Shown: positions 23,042-41,585 of the stretch, piece by piece
Position numbering within the stretch: the stretch's first letter is position 1
Layout: every line of letters begins with the position of its first letter
Assembly (NCBI RefSeq): GCF_006345805.1
Contig: NC_043011.1
Span: forward strand, 61,516,464-61,580,463
Origin: Octopus sinensis
Lineage: Eukaryota
Reading direction: 5' to 3'
DNA length: 64,000 bases
The notes under the pieces: generated by a model
Database searches by the model: none
Seen by the model: the letters and a program-made list of their open reading frames with translations, nothing else
What the model was told of the DNA's origin: nothing
Position numbers and translations under genes: made by a program

Positions 23042-23064
23042 TTCTTATTTCTGTCAGCATTTAG
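23042..23064 (+). other. Duplicated alternative terminal exon 5b (also 14147-14169, 31421-31443, 41817-41839)
   Basis: Acceptor TTCTGTTTCAG ~260 nt after exon 5a; in phase it reads L(L/P/H)ISVSI*, followed by its own AATAAA. Homologous to exon 5a and to G0 exon 5. Confidence 0.55.
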
Positions 23065-25763
23065 TACTCCAGCACTTAGTCCTGAAGCTGTGATTAAAAC
23101 AAACATACAAAAATACATATCTGAGTAAATAAACTATTTATGCTACTATAATAAATATGTCGGTGTTGTTTTCTGGTTTTGACTGGATTTGAAACCTTAT
23201 CAAAATTATATTTTTTTAATATCTGCACTTAGAATCAATCGTGTTTTGGATGACTTCCAAGAAGAGATGGACGTCCATGAGTACTGACTGAGTAAATACG
23301 GGTGAAGACGGAATGACGCTCAACAAATTTCCGTTTCTTTCAGATATAGGGAGATGTTAAGTAATAACTTATTTGGTTCCTGAATCTGAGTGAGTGTATG
23401 TAATACTAGAACCTTCCTTCGGAAAGATATTCCTTAAAGTCTCACACAGAAATTTCTTTCGTCTATAACATTTGTTTTGTCAAAGTTTGTTTATAATATA
23501 TACACACTTCTTTATGACACCGCTACTAATTTTTGTGAGAACTCTCAGTGTTGAACCTATCATATTCACTTAGTTTCACACACTCTTACGTCCTTGAATT
23601 TTATTCCTTTTCAATTTGCATTCAGAGCTTTTAGAAGGATTCCAGATGGAGATTTTACTTACATTACAAGTAAAGAAGAGACAATTACAGAATTCAAATT
23701 TAACCTCAATTATTTTGTCTTTGCTGCCAGGTTTGCATTGAAAAGTGTTCGAATCGTAACTAGTCTTGCTTCTACTAAGTGAAAACGATTGAAATAGGTC
23801 AAGAAGTCAAGAATTTACTCAGAGCTGCTTCTGCTGTTCTCAGTTACGAATTGCTTCCGAATATATGTCTGCCCGACAACAGAATGTGTCACACTAATAT
23901 TTGAGTTTTCAGAAACTCGATGACTGAAAACATCCCCGATCTTATAAAAGATGATTGAGTAATTGACTGAATATCCTTCTGGGTAGACCATCCTAGACCA
24001 GTTATTTCTCCATCAAATGACTACTATAATACTAAATATTTGCCCCCTCAAAAGTCGAAATTTGCATGATGCATCTGATTTACTTAACAAATCCCATAGC
24101 GAAAGTCTTCTCTACTTTATCTACTAAATCTAATAATTTCGGATTACAGACATATTTCCTGTGATCCTGCTGCAATGCAGTATCTACTGACAGCGGTTGA
24201 CTGCATGACATAGGCTAACCCAATGACGTTGGCTGAGAAGACACAACCGGATCTATATTGTCCTCGATATTTCGGATATAAAGCCCTGTAAGTACCAGAA
24301 AAATGTATATATTATTGTGGGACCGTCCCTAATTTAGAAAAAGCGCTACATTGTAACATATCTTGTCGATTCATTAGCTTGTATTTAACTCGCTAAACGA
24401 ACATAGGCTCATTTTAAGATCGTCTAGGTCAGCGTACATGGCTGCTTGTCGTTTATCTGTCGTTTCTTCTTCAGCGACAGACATTGAATGTCTGAATGAA
24501 GAGGATAACGAAGATTTTATTAATTAAGCAAAGAGTGCGACAAATGAAGATATTGTAGTGAGATTAGAAGTGAAAAGCAGAGGCGAAACATTCATGAACG
24601 AAAGCTTATAGCAGCATCGCCGAGAAAGACATAATGGAAAATTAATGTGAAATGATAAAACCTAGAGACAACGTGAAGCAAGGGGTATTTTCATTACCAG
24701 AAAAGAATCGAAACAAAGCACCCAGGGTGGATGACTGAAAGAATTTTCCAGTTGATGTCAGAATGCAAAACGACAAACAACATGGCGCCCAAAAAAGAAA
24801 CAATTTGAAAAGCAAATGTTGCAGAGAGAAACAATATTATCACACAAATAAAAACAAATAAATGTATTTAAAAAATGAAAGAAATGACAGAGAATCGAAC
24901 TTTAAATTAAAAAAATGAGGTTCTATTAAAGAACTAACAAAACTCCATATATTTGGTGTTAGATACTAAGAGAAAATATATTTCAATTTGTGATAAGCAT
25001 GTCCTTTTTTTCCGAGGATTCAGGAATCGTGTGTCAATGTGTACGTTATTCAACGTACCAAATTCTTTCAAGATAGTAGGATGTGTGACTTGAAATAGCT
25101 ACGGTTGATATAGTTGGCGGCCACATTGATCCCTTCTATCCTGCACCAATTAAATAGTTCCGTGTCCCTTGCAATACATTTTCACTTCCCGTTTTGACCC
25201 ATTTTAGTGTTATGGTTCTTAGAGCCTTTTTTATTTATTGTTATTCAAAGGAGTTACTGGTGACTCGAACCCCTTCATGCGTTTCAAAATTTCGAAACAA
25301 ACTCTTTACTAAAACCATACGACTTCTACCGACGAAACGTAGCGCCTATGTGGACACTTATGTCTACCAAAATCAGTTGATAGAAATTTCTGAACGCAGT
25401 AAAGGAGATATGAATTACGCAAACACACACACATACACACACACACCACACACATAGCACGTACACACACACATACACACACACATACACACACACACTA
25501 TGCAATCTCACGCACATACACACGGACAAACACACACACATACACATACGTATTTCAACAGATAAAATTCTCAAATAAATCACTGAAACCGATTTCGTTG
25601 TCATCCACACTATTAAAAATGCGACAGAAAAAAATATTATATAACAGAGTACGTTACAATTATAATCCCAGTTGGGCTGAAGACCAACAGCAGTTACATC
25701 GTTTCTAGGTTTATAAGACACGGAGAGAAGTAGAATAACATTCTATGAGAAAACAAAACCACT

Positions 25764-31189
<5,426 letters not shown>

Positions 31190-33879
31190 AGCTGGGATAA
31201 TTACAAATGTGAGAAATACAAATGTATGCAAATAAAATTTTAACAAATATCTAAGTTTTGTTTTTTGGGTTTTGATGGAATTGGAAAACTTTAATAAACT
31301 ATTTCTATTGACTAGCTCTATTTTGCGTATTATGTACAGGAAACTCTCTCATGCGTATTTTAACCAAATTTTAATCGTTACAGATATTTTAATAAGCATT
31401 GCTATCTATTTCTGTTTCAGTTCCTATTTCTGTCAGCATTTAGTACTCCAGCACTTAGTCCTGAAGCTGTGATTAAAACAAACATACAAAAATACATATC
31501 TGAGTAAATAAACTATTTATGCTACTATAATAAATATGTCGGTTTTGCTTTCTGGTTTTGACTGGATTTGAAACCTTATCAAAATTATATTTTTTTAATA
31601 TCTGCACTTTGAATCAATCGTGTTTTGGATGACTTCCAAGAAGAGATGGACGTCCATGAGTACTGACTGAGTAAATACGGGTGAAGACGGAATGACGCTC
31701 AACAAATTTCCGTTTCTTTAAGATGTAGGGAGATGTTAAGTAATAACTTATTTGGTTCCTGAATCTGAGTGAGTGTATATAATACTAGAACCTTCCTTCA
31801 AAAGATATTCCTTAAAGTCTTACACAGAAATTTCTTTCGTCTATAACATTTGTTTTGTCAAAGTTTGTTTATAATATATACACACTTCTTTATGACACCG
31901 CTACAAATTTTTGTGAGAACTCTCAGTGTTGAACCTATCATATTCACTTAGTTTCACAGACTTTTTTCGTCCTTGAATTTTATTCCTTTTCAATTTGCAT
32001 TCAGAGCTTTTAGAAGGATTCCAGATGGAGATTTTACTTACATTACAAGTAAAGAAGAGACAATTACAGAATTCAAATTTAACCTCAATTATTTTGTCTT
32101 TGCTCCCAGGTTTGCATTGATAAGTGTTCGAATCGTAACTAGTCATGCTTCTACTAAGTGAATACAATTGAAATAGGTCAAGAAGTCAAGAATTTACTCG
32201 GGGCCGCTTCTGCTGTTCTCAGTTACGAATTGCTTCCGAATATATGTCTGCCCTACAACAGAATGTGTCACACTAATAGTTGAGTTTTCAGAAACTCGAT
32301 GACTGAAAACTTCCCCGATCTTATAAAAGATGATTGAGTTATTGACTGAATATCCTTCTGGGTAGACCATCCAAGACCAGTTATTTCTCCATCAAATGAC
32401 TACTATATTACTACGTATTTTCCCCCTCAAAAGTCGAAATTTGCATGATGCATCTGATTTACTTAACAGATCCCATAGCGAAAGTCTTCTCTACTTTATC
32501 TACTAAATCTAATAATTTCGGATTACAGACATATTTCCTGTGATCCTGCTGCAATGCAGTATCTACTGACAGCGGTTGACTGCATGACATAGGCTAACCC
32601 AATGACGTTGGCTGAGAAGACACAACCGGATCTATATTGTCCTCGATATTTCGGATATAAAGCCCTGTAAGTACCAGAAAAATGTATATATTATTGTGGG
32701 ACCGTCCCTAATTTAGAAAAAGCGCTACATTGTAACATATCTTGTCGATTCATTAGCTTGTATTTAACTCGCTAAACGAACATAGGCTCATTTTAAGATC
32801 GTCTAGGTCAGTGTACATGGCTGCTTGTCGTTTATCTGTCGTTTCTTCTTCAGCGACAGACATTGAATGTCTGAAAGAAGAGGATAACGAAGACCTTATT
32901 AATTAAGCAAAGAGTGCGACAAATGAAGACATTATAGTGAGATTAGAAGTGAAAAGCAGATGCGAAACATTCATGAACGAAAGCTTATAGCAGCATCGCC
33001 GAGAAAGACATAATGGAAAGTTAATGTGAAATGATAAAACCTAGAGACAACGTGAAGCAAGGGGTATTCCCATTACCAGATACGAATCGAAACAAAGCAC
33101 CCAGGGTGGATGACTGAAAGATTTCTCCAGTTGATCTCAGGAGGCAAAACGACAAACAACATGGCGCCCAAAAAAGAAACAATTTGAAAAGCAAATGTTG
33201 CAGAGAGAAACAATATTATCACACAAATAAAAACAAATAAATGTATTATCAAATCACAAAATGACAGAGAATCGAACTTTAAATAAAAAAATGAGGTTCT
33301 ATTAAAGAACTAACAAAACTTCATATATTTGAGAAAATATATTTCAGTTTGTGATAAAGACTTCCATTCTCTTCCGAGGATTCAAGAAAAGCGTATCAAA
33401 GCGTACGTTATTCAACGTACCAAATAATTTCAAGATAGTAGGATGTATGATTTGAAATAGCTACGGTTGATATAGTTGGCAGCTACATTGATCCCTTCTA
33501 TCCTGCACCAATTAAATGGTTCCGTGTCCCTTGCAATACATTTTCACTTCCCGTTTTGTCCCTTTTTAGTGTTATGGTTCTTAGAGCCTTTTTTTTTAAT
33601 TGTTATTCAAAGGAGTTACTGGTGACTCGAACCCCTTCATGCGTTTCGAAATTTCGAAACCAACTCTTTACTAAAACCAGAGTTTTTACTAAAACCATAC
33701 TAAAACCGACGAAACGTAGCATCTATGTGAACACTTATGTCTATCAAAATCAGGTGATAGAAATATCTCAACGCAGTAAAGGGGATATGAATTACACACA
33801 CACACACACACACATACACACACAGGCACAAATGCATATGTACACACACACCACGACCACTCACACAAACACACCTGCA

Positions 33880-34745
33880 CACACCTGCACACACACACAC
33901 ACCACGCAATCTCACGCACATACACACGGACAAACACACACACATACACATACGTATTTCTACAGATAAAATTCTCAAATAAATCACTGAAACCGTTTTC
34001 GTTGTCATCCACACTATTAAAAATGCGACAGAAAAACAAATTATATAACACAGTACGTTACAAATATAACCCCAGTTGGGCTGAAGACCAACAGCAGTTA
34101 CATCGTTCCTAGGTTTATAAGACACGGAGAGAAGTAGAATAACATTCTATGAGAAAAAACCCACTATGAGATATATTCTATGCATTTGTCTTACCGTTGG
34201 TGAGTATTTAAAAGACAAATGTTTATCTTCCGAGATGCAAATGTTCGACCGTAAACACTGAATAGGATTTCATGCAATTTACAGACTTCCCACTTATATA
34301 TTTCTATGCGTAGACACACACATACACACACACATTATGCAATCTCACGCACATACACACGGACAAACACACACACATACACATACGTATTTCAACAGAT
34401 AAAATTCTCAAATAAATCACTGAAACCGTTTTCGTTGTCATCCACACTATTAAAAATGCGACAGAAAAAAAAATTATATAACACAGTACGTTACAAATAT
34501 AACCCCAGTTGGGCTGAAGACCAACAGCAGTTACATCGTTCCTAGGTTTATAAGACACGGAGAGAAGTAGAATAACATTCTATGAGAAAAAACCCACTAT
34601 GAGATATATTCTATGCATTTGTCTTACCGTTGGTGAGTATTTAAAAGACAAATGTTTATCTTCCGCGATGCAAATGTTCGACCGTAAACACTGAATAGGA
34701 TTTCATGCAATTTACAGACTTCCCACTTACATATTTCTATGCGTA
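33880..34745 (+). repeat. Local 433-bp tandem duplication containing the G4 promoter and exon 1
   Basis: Two near-identical TATA/ATG/GTGAGT cassettes with ATGs at 34166 and 34599; boundaries approximate. Confidence 0.9.
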
Positions 34746-35270
34746 GACACACACATACGCTCAAGCGTGCACACACACGCACACAGATACATACACAGAC
34801 ACATACACAAATATATATATATATGTATATATATACCCATATATACATAGTTGTGTGGAGGCGCAATGGCCCAGTGGTTAGAGCAGCGGACTCACGGTCA
34901 TAGGATTGCGGTTTCGATTCCCAGACCGGCCGTTGTGAGTGTTTATTGAGCGAAAACACCTAAAGCTCCACGAGGCTCCGGCAGGGGATGGTGGTGATCC
35001 CTGCTGTACTCTTTCACCACAACTTTCTCTCACTCTTACTTCCTGTTTCTGTTGTACCTGTATTTCAAGGGGCCGGCCTTGTCACTCTCTGTGTCACGCT
35101 GAATATCCCCGAGAACTACGTTAAGGGTACACGTGTCTGTGGAGTGCTCAGCCACTTACACGTTAATTTCACGAGCAGGCTGTTCCGTCGATTCTGATCA
35201 ACCGGAAGCCTCATCGTCGTAACCGACGGAGTGCTTCCATTCCATACATAGTTGTATGCATGTATTTATA

Positions 35271-35310
<40 letters not shown>

Positions 35311-38300
35311 TGTAAGTATATATATGCGTGTATATATATATATATATATAATTGCTAAAGACAGCAAACGTTAAAGCAGGACATGCGTTATTATTACTGG
35401 AGCCCTATTAATCCGTTACGGCACTTACCTAGCGTACCTAGTCGTGTAGATCCCCTGTGAACTAACCCCCATATTTTATATAAATGTATGGATAGTTATA
35501 TATATATATATATGTGTGTGTGTGTATGTGTGTGTGTGTGTGTGTTTGCTTGTCTGTATGTTTGTATATATATGTGTGTATACATAGATACATACGTATA
35601 TAGATACATACAAACATACATACCTACATACATGACACTTTTTTCCGAATTAGGCGAATGCATATTTTTCTTATTTCTTCATCGCCTACAAAGAGCTAAA
35701 CATAGAGGGGACAAACAAGGACAGACAAAGGGATTAAGTCGATAACATCGATCCCACTAAATAGTACTTATTTAATCGACCCCAAAAGGATGAAAGGCAA
35801 AGTCGACCTCGGCGGAATTTTTAACTCAGATCGTAACGGCAGACGAAATACCTATTTCTATTTCTTTACTACCCACAATGAGCTAAAAACAGACATGACA
35901 AACAATTACAAACAAACGGATTAAGTCGATCATATCGACACCAGTGTGTAACTGGTCCTTGATATATCGAATCCAAAAGAATGAAAGGCAAAGTCGACCT
36001 CGGCGCAATTTGATCATAGAACGTAACGGCAGACGAAATATCGCTAAGCATTTCGCCTTGCGTTTTAACGATTCTGCCAGCTCGCCGCAAATGCAGATTT
36101 TTCTGATTTATGGACACTTGCATGACTATAAATGTGTATGTACACATTTGTGTATGTTTGTATGTGTATGTGTGTGTGTGTGTGTGTGTGTTTGTGTGTA
36201 TGTGTGTGAGTATTATGTAAGCATGTATATGTGCAGATTTCTACAGTTCCAGTGATGGATTGGATTTCTAGTCTTCGAATTGTCTTACTCGTGTCTGGTT
36301 TTGGGAAACCTAATTTCTCGAGATTGGTATTTAGGCATTGTGTTACATATGCCAGTACCACCTTAATTACTGGTATAAGCCTGAACTTCTAATCTGGATG
36401 GAGTAACTACAGATTTCTCAATAGTTCAGCGTAGGTACTATCTGTTCCGTTATTATATTTCATAATCATGTTTTTTTCAATCGCTGCATTTATTCATTTT
36501 CTTCTCCCTGTTCCAGTTATTGGGTTGCAGTTATGCTGCTGCTTAGGTATGTAAATATTAATCATTAGCATTATTTACTCAGAAATGCGATACTATTTAT
36601 CGATCCCTATTTGTCGAAACATTCAGTTATGCAACAGGAACAAATTTCATAACTTTTAGAAAACAGTTTTAACATAAATATATGCTCTATTTTTCAAGAC
36701 CTTCTTTTAATTTTAGCACTTATTTATTCTGTGCATATGTTTCCGCAAGTTAGAGGAGGTTGCATATGACACCATTTTTATAATGTTTGTTAAGTATCGT
36801 GTGATATTTATGAGACATTGGGAAGCATCTATCAAGGGCTGCCAAAAACTATCTGGTAGTCTTCGAAGATTAGGTATGGATACCAAAGAACAATATGGTT
36901 TCTATATTTGGTGTTATGGTTTTTTTATGCCAATGTGTGGTATTTGTTTAGTGCGATATATTGTGTTGGGTGTATTTTTCTTCAGGAGGAATCATTTATC
37001 ATAAAATATAGGATTAACCATAACAGTGGAAACTGAACGCTGTCAAGTTCACTTCCTTGATGCCACATTTTGCCTTGACACTGGTCTTTGTGAGCCTTTC
37101 CACAAATCAAATTCTAGACTTAAATATATTTATGTTATGTCCAAATATCCACCCTCCATTATACGCGGTCTTGTACGGAATATTCAGACCAATAATGTAG
37201 GCGAAAGAAATTGTCTGACAGCCATGACCGGGTTCTCCTGCCTGTGTATAATCGTGCTGAGTCCTGCTGCTAGACAAAGATTTTTCCAGGAACCACCCTC
37301 ACGATTGAGGGCAGAGCTACCTCCTTCAATACACTTGATTTAGGCCTCCGTGTTGTGTCTGAGGTTGTGTGAGATGATGAATGGAGGCATAACGTCGCCA
37401 TCACTAGTGATTTCTCTAAAAACCATGATGTTGACTCGATGTTTCGTTATTATCACTCTTGAATATAAAATGATTGATAATAGAATATAACAGACATTTA
37501 GTAATGTAAATATCTCTCTCAGTATTCCCAACCTATCTCTTATTATTAATGCTTCCTCTGATCCCCTCATTAATTATTTCTCACTTAGGTTTGTGTACAA
37601 AAACACAATGTCCCTTTGATTTTATTTCCTACCGAGGAACCGTAAATAATTACGAAATTCAAAATTATTAGAGCCTCATCATTTACGAGAAATTATAGAA
37701 GTGTACTAACCATATCTTACTTAATGTATTAAAAGTTAGAAAATTATCAATTATGTAATAATTTCAAAACTCCTAACGAAGCAATCTTCTCACAAAACAA
37801 TTCACTACTCACACGAAAAATCAGAAAATTTGCAAAGTCTTATCTCTAACAACAAGCATCCAGATATGAAAGTTTCCAATTAATTATGTGGTTTTAGGCT
37901 GCAATTAAATGTTTTAATTTATATTATGTTTCAACGAAAATTTTTAACTTGCAGAAGTGGACAGAGTGAACTTTTGCATGAGTGAAAATTATTGTCGTGA
38001 GGCTTGGAAAAAGTATCCTAACGCATTTAATGGAGAAAGAGATATCAATTTCTGTCCGTAAATATCCTTTTATTTCCAATAATACTTTTGTTAGCACATC
38101 TATTGAATATATTATTTATCTAAGTTTAATAATCAATACCAGTATTTAGCAGCTAATGCTAATTACTACTGCTATTTCTTATATGAGATCATTTTAAGAA
38201 ATAGTGCAGAGCGCAGACGATTTAAAACACTCAAATAATTTATTAGGTTTTTATCATAAAACAGAGAAAAACAATTTAGACGGCCAAAAAGTAGACAAAT

Positions 38301-41300
38301 TAATTAATATATTTTAAAATGGTACAGGTTTCAATTTCACTAAGATTTCTTAGTTCAAAATTAATGCAAAATATATCCAGTTATGTTAAGCAATAATTTT
38401 CAGTAATCATATCAACCGATTTACGTTTGTTTTCCAGGCGATTAGGAATGTATAAAGAATGTGCAAGGCAGTTTGGGCCATGGTATTGTGTGAAGATAAT
38501 GGAAATCGAAAGCCTGAATTTTCATGAGTGTTTTCGTAAGAGGATTTTCAAAATTGTTTTTCACATCATATTCTTAGAAATCGTGAGACAGTGAACTAAA
38601 TTATAAACGATACCTTTGTATAAATTCTTATAGAAATAATTTGAATTTTTGCATTCTACTAAAATCAAAATAATAATATTGTTGATTCTTTTCTATTCAA
38701 TCAATATACAAATAAGCGAAGGAAGTTTTTCTACTCCAGGTACAAGGCCCAGAATTCCTTGGGAGAGGGCAGTCGATTAGCTCGACCCAGTACACAAATG
38801 GCACTTAATTTAATCGACTCCGAAATAATGAAAGGCAAAGTCGACACCGGCTGAATTTGAACTCAGGACATAACGGCAGACGAAATACCGCTGAGCATTT
38901 CGCCCGGCCTGCTAACGATTCTGCCAGCTCGCCGCCCTTAATAAGCGATAGCATATAAAAATCAGTACGCTAGTATTTAGTCATATCTGTTTACGTCGTT
39001 GTAATTCTGTATACCACCATGTTGATTTTATCGATTAGTAAAGTAGATTACGAGAACATATAGCATGATCTAAGTCGGGAATTACATTATCAACGACTAT
39101 ACTAAACTTGTTAGAATGGAAACTTACAATGTGACAGTAACCTTGATAACTCTACAGAGTTACTCGTGTGTTTATTGCATGCTAAAATGCTCGACCACGT
39201 CTAATAATTACGCGAAATATTAATTTTAACCCAATTAATCAGCTTCTCACATTTTTATTCCAGCTGTTCCTAATAGTAAAACGTCAAGGAACCTTTCAGT
39301 CCACGTTATGTTTTCACACTGTGCCTTACTAATACTTATTCGGTGCATATTTTTGTGATGGAGGAATTAAATACCAAATACCAATATATTTGATGTAAGG
39401 ACAGTTATTAAATATCACACGTTTCATATTGATATTTTACTTTCTCTTCGTTCTGCGTGCTGCCTCTTTGCGTTGCGTTTGTAGATTATGAGAAGGCCTT
39501 CGATAGAGTCGAAACCAACGCTGTGCTGAACTCGCTGCAGAGGCAAGGAATCGAAGCGCAATATGTGCAGCTGCTCAGAGAGGCAAATTCCGGATGCACC
39601 ACCGACATAGCTCTACTGTCATCACCCATACTAGTGCTGGTCGAGAAGGCAGTGAAGAAAGGAGATACAATCTCCCCAAAACTTTTCACTGCATGTCTCG
39701 AACAGATCATCAGAGGCATCGAATGGCAAGGTGGTGTCAACATCAATGGTGAGCTCCTCACTCACCTCCGTTTCGCTGAAAACATCGTACTCATCGCTGA
39801 AAACATGGATCAGCTTCAGACTATGCTGACGGAGCTCGACATCAAAGGTTCTGCTGTAGGTCTCAAGATGAACCGTACTAAAACAAAGTTCATGCGGTCA
39901 GACAATGTACCAACAGGTCGAATGGTGATCGGCAGTGATTAAATAGATGAGGTGAGAGAATATGTCTACCTGGGACAGGAAGTAAATATGTGCCGGGATA
40001 TCAAAAAGGAGATCTCACGGAGAGTAAGGGGCGGATGGAAGGCGTTCAATGGCATAAGGGATGTGCATAAGGAAAGGTTGGACAGGACCACCCGCGCCAA
40101 CCTCATTAACAGTGCAGTTCTGCCTGCAATGTTATATGGTAGTGAAACATGGGCTACCACAAAGAGAGAGAAGAGCAAAGACTGGCAACGGCTCAAAGAG
40201 CCATGGATAGGTCAATGCTTGGTATCTCGTTGAGAGAGCACATAAGTAGCAAGATCATCAGAAAGAAGTCCGGCGTGAGAGATGTCATCGCAGAGTATAC
40301 ACGCAGCAAGTATAGATGGGCTGGACACGTCGCCCGGCTCACCGATAATCGGTGGACGCACGCAGTTGTAGAGTGGTACCCGCGTGAGCGGAAAAGACCA
40401 CCCGGAAGGCCTCCACGACGGTGGAGTGACGATTTCAGGAGGACGATTGGGATCACGTGGATGAGAAAAGCGCGATCCAGAGAAGAGTGTACAGCATGCT
40501 GTGACCAGTGGTGTCAAATGGACGCCTGAGGGACTGGTCGGTCAAAGTGATCAAAGTGATTTTACTTTCACAATATTTTCAATTATTTTCCTTCGGTAGG
40601 AAATAAAAATGGCTGCTGAATTATCTGACAGTATTAATCCGGTGATATAATAATACTAACACGAATAAATCAACAAGAAATTATCATAGGAATATCTCAA
40701 TGATTATAATTTCCAACTGAAAGTCTCAATTCTCTGATGCATCAGCGAATCGTTAACAGAAAATATGCTACGTATGTTCATTATCCGAGACGATGCGGTT
40801 TCGAGATAACTCTGGTGACACAGTGATATATCTGCATAACCCTTAGTAGAAATGTATTTATACACTGTAGGCTAACGATATTATAAACAAGATCCTTATT
40901 CATAAGATAATACTCTAATGTTGTTTTGATAGGACTGAATCTTACTAAAATATTAGCGTTCTGCCAGTGCAATATAACAATTACTGTATTTATTATGTGA
41001 CTGTAACATCGATTATGCCAGTGTAACATCAGAGTAAAACTGCTGCATTATCTTTGGGAAGTCAATTGCCAATTTATCTCCGACAGTTCAAGGAAATATT
41101 TAACATTTCCGTTTGCAAATTGGTGAAAGGTTGATTGATCCCTTAGCATATTTCTTTAGACTTTTCCTTTACACAACACCTCCAACAGTTTTGGAAGAGC
41201 GTTTGGAATTTGCTTTAGTTAGATCGCTTTAGATCACTTTAGATCACAGGAGACGAAGGGAAAATGGAGCTGTTTGTTAAGTATAGTTGTGAGAATCAGT

Positions 41301-41585
41301 ACATGATGATAGAAGGTCTTGTTAAGCATACGTAAAATATTTGCTGGGGGATGCAAACCTCGAAACAAATAACAAATATGTAGCATTGAAACATGGCAGA
41401 GACTGATTGGTGGGAAGCTAGCGCGGTCGACATTTCGCATAAACTAACGACAGACAATACTAAATTATCTACGAGCAATCCCATTTGTCTAATTTTATTC
41501 AAACATCTTTTCAATAGAAATATTTCAATAGCAGTTCTAATCTATTCTCATTGCAGTTAATATTCCATTCAGCACTTATTACTGA
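34599..41585 (+). CDS. G4: secreted six-Cys peptide precursor, 97 aa (exons 34599-34632 or alternative 34166-34199, 36517-36546, 37955-38057, 38438-38535, 41557-41585)
   Basis: Canonical splice sites, open frame. [97 protein letters not shown]. Intron 4 carries a 1.1-kb RTE LINE. Confidence 0.88.
34855..35243 (+). mobile_element. tRNA-derived SINE specific to G4 intron 1
   Basis: A/B boxes present; 12-bp TSD ATACATAGTTGT at 34843-34854 and 35244-35255. Confidence 0.85.
39445..40558 (+). mobile_element. 5'-truncated RTE-clade LINE in G4 intron 4
   Basis: RT motifs VDYEKAFD, KGDTISPKLF, LRFAENI (degenerate FADD), YVYLGQ, PAMLYGSETW, WAGHVAR, RPPGRPPRRW. Tandem TCAAAGTGA tail. 11-bp TSD ATTTTACTTTC at 39434-39444 and 40559-40569. 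Confidence 0.95.
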
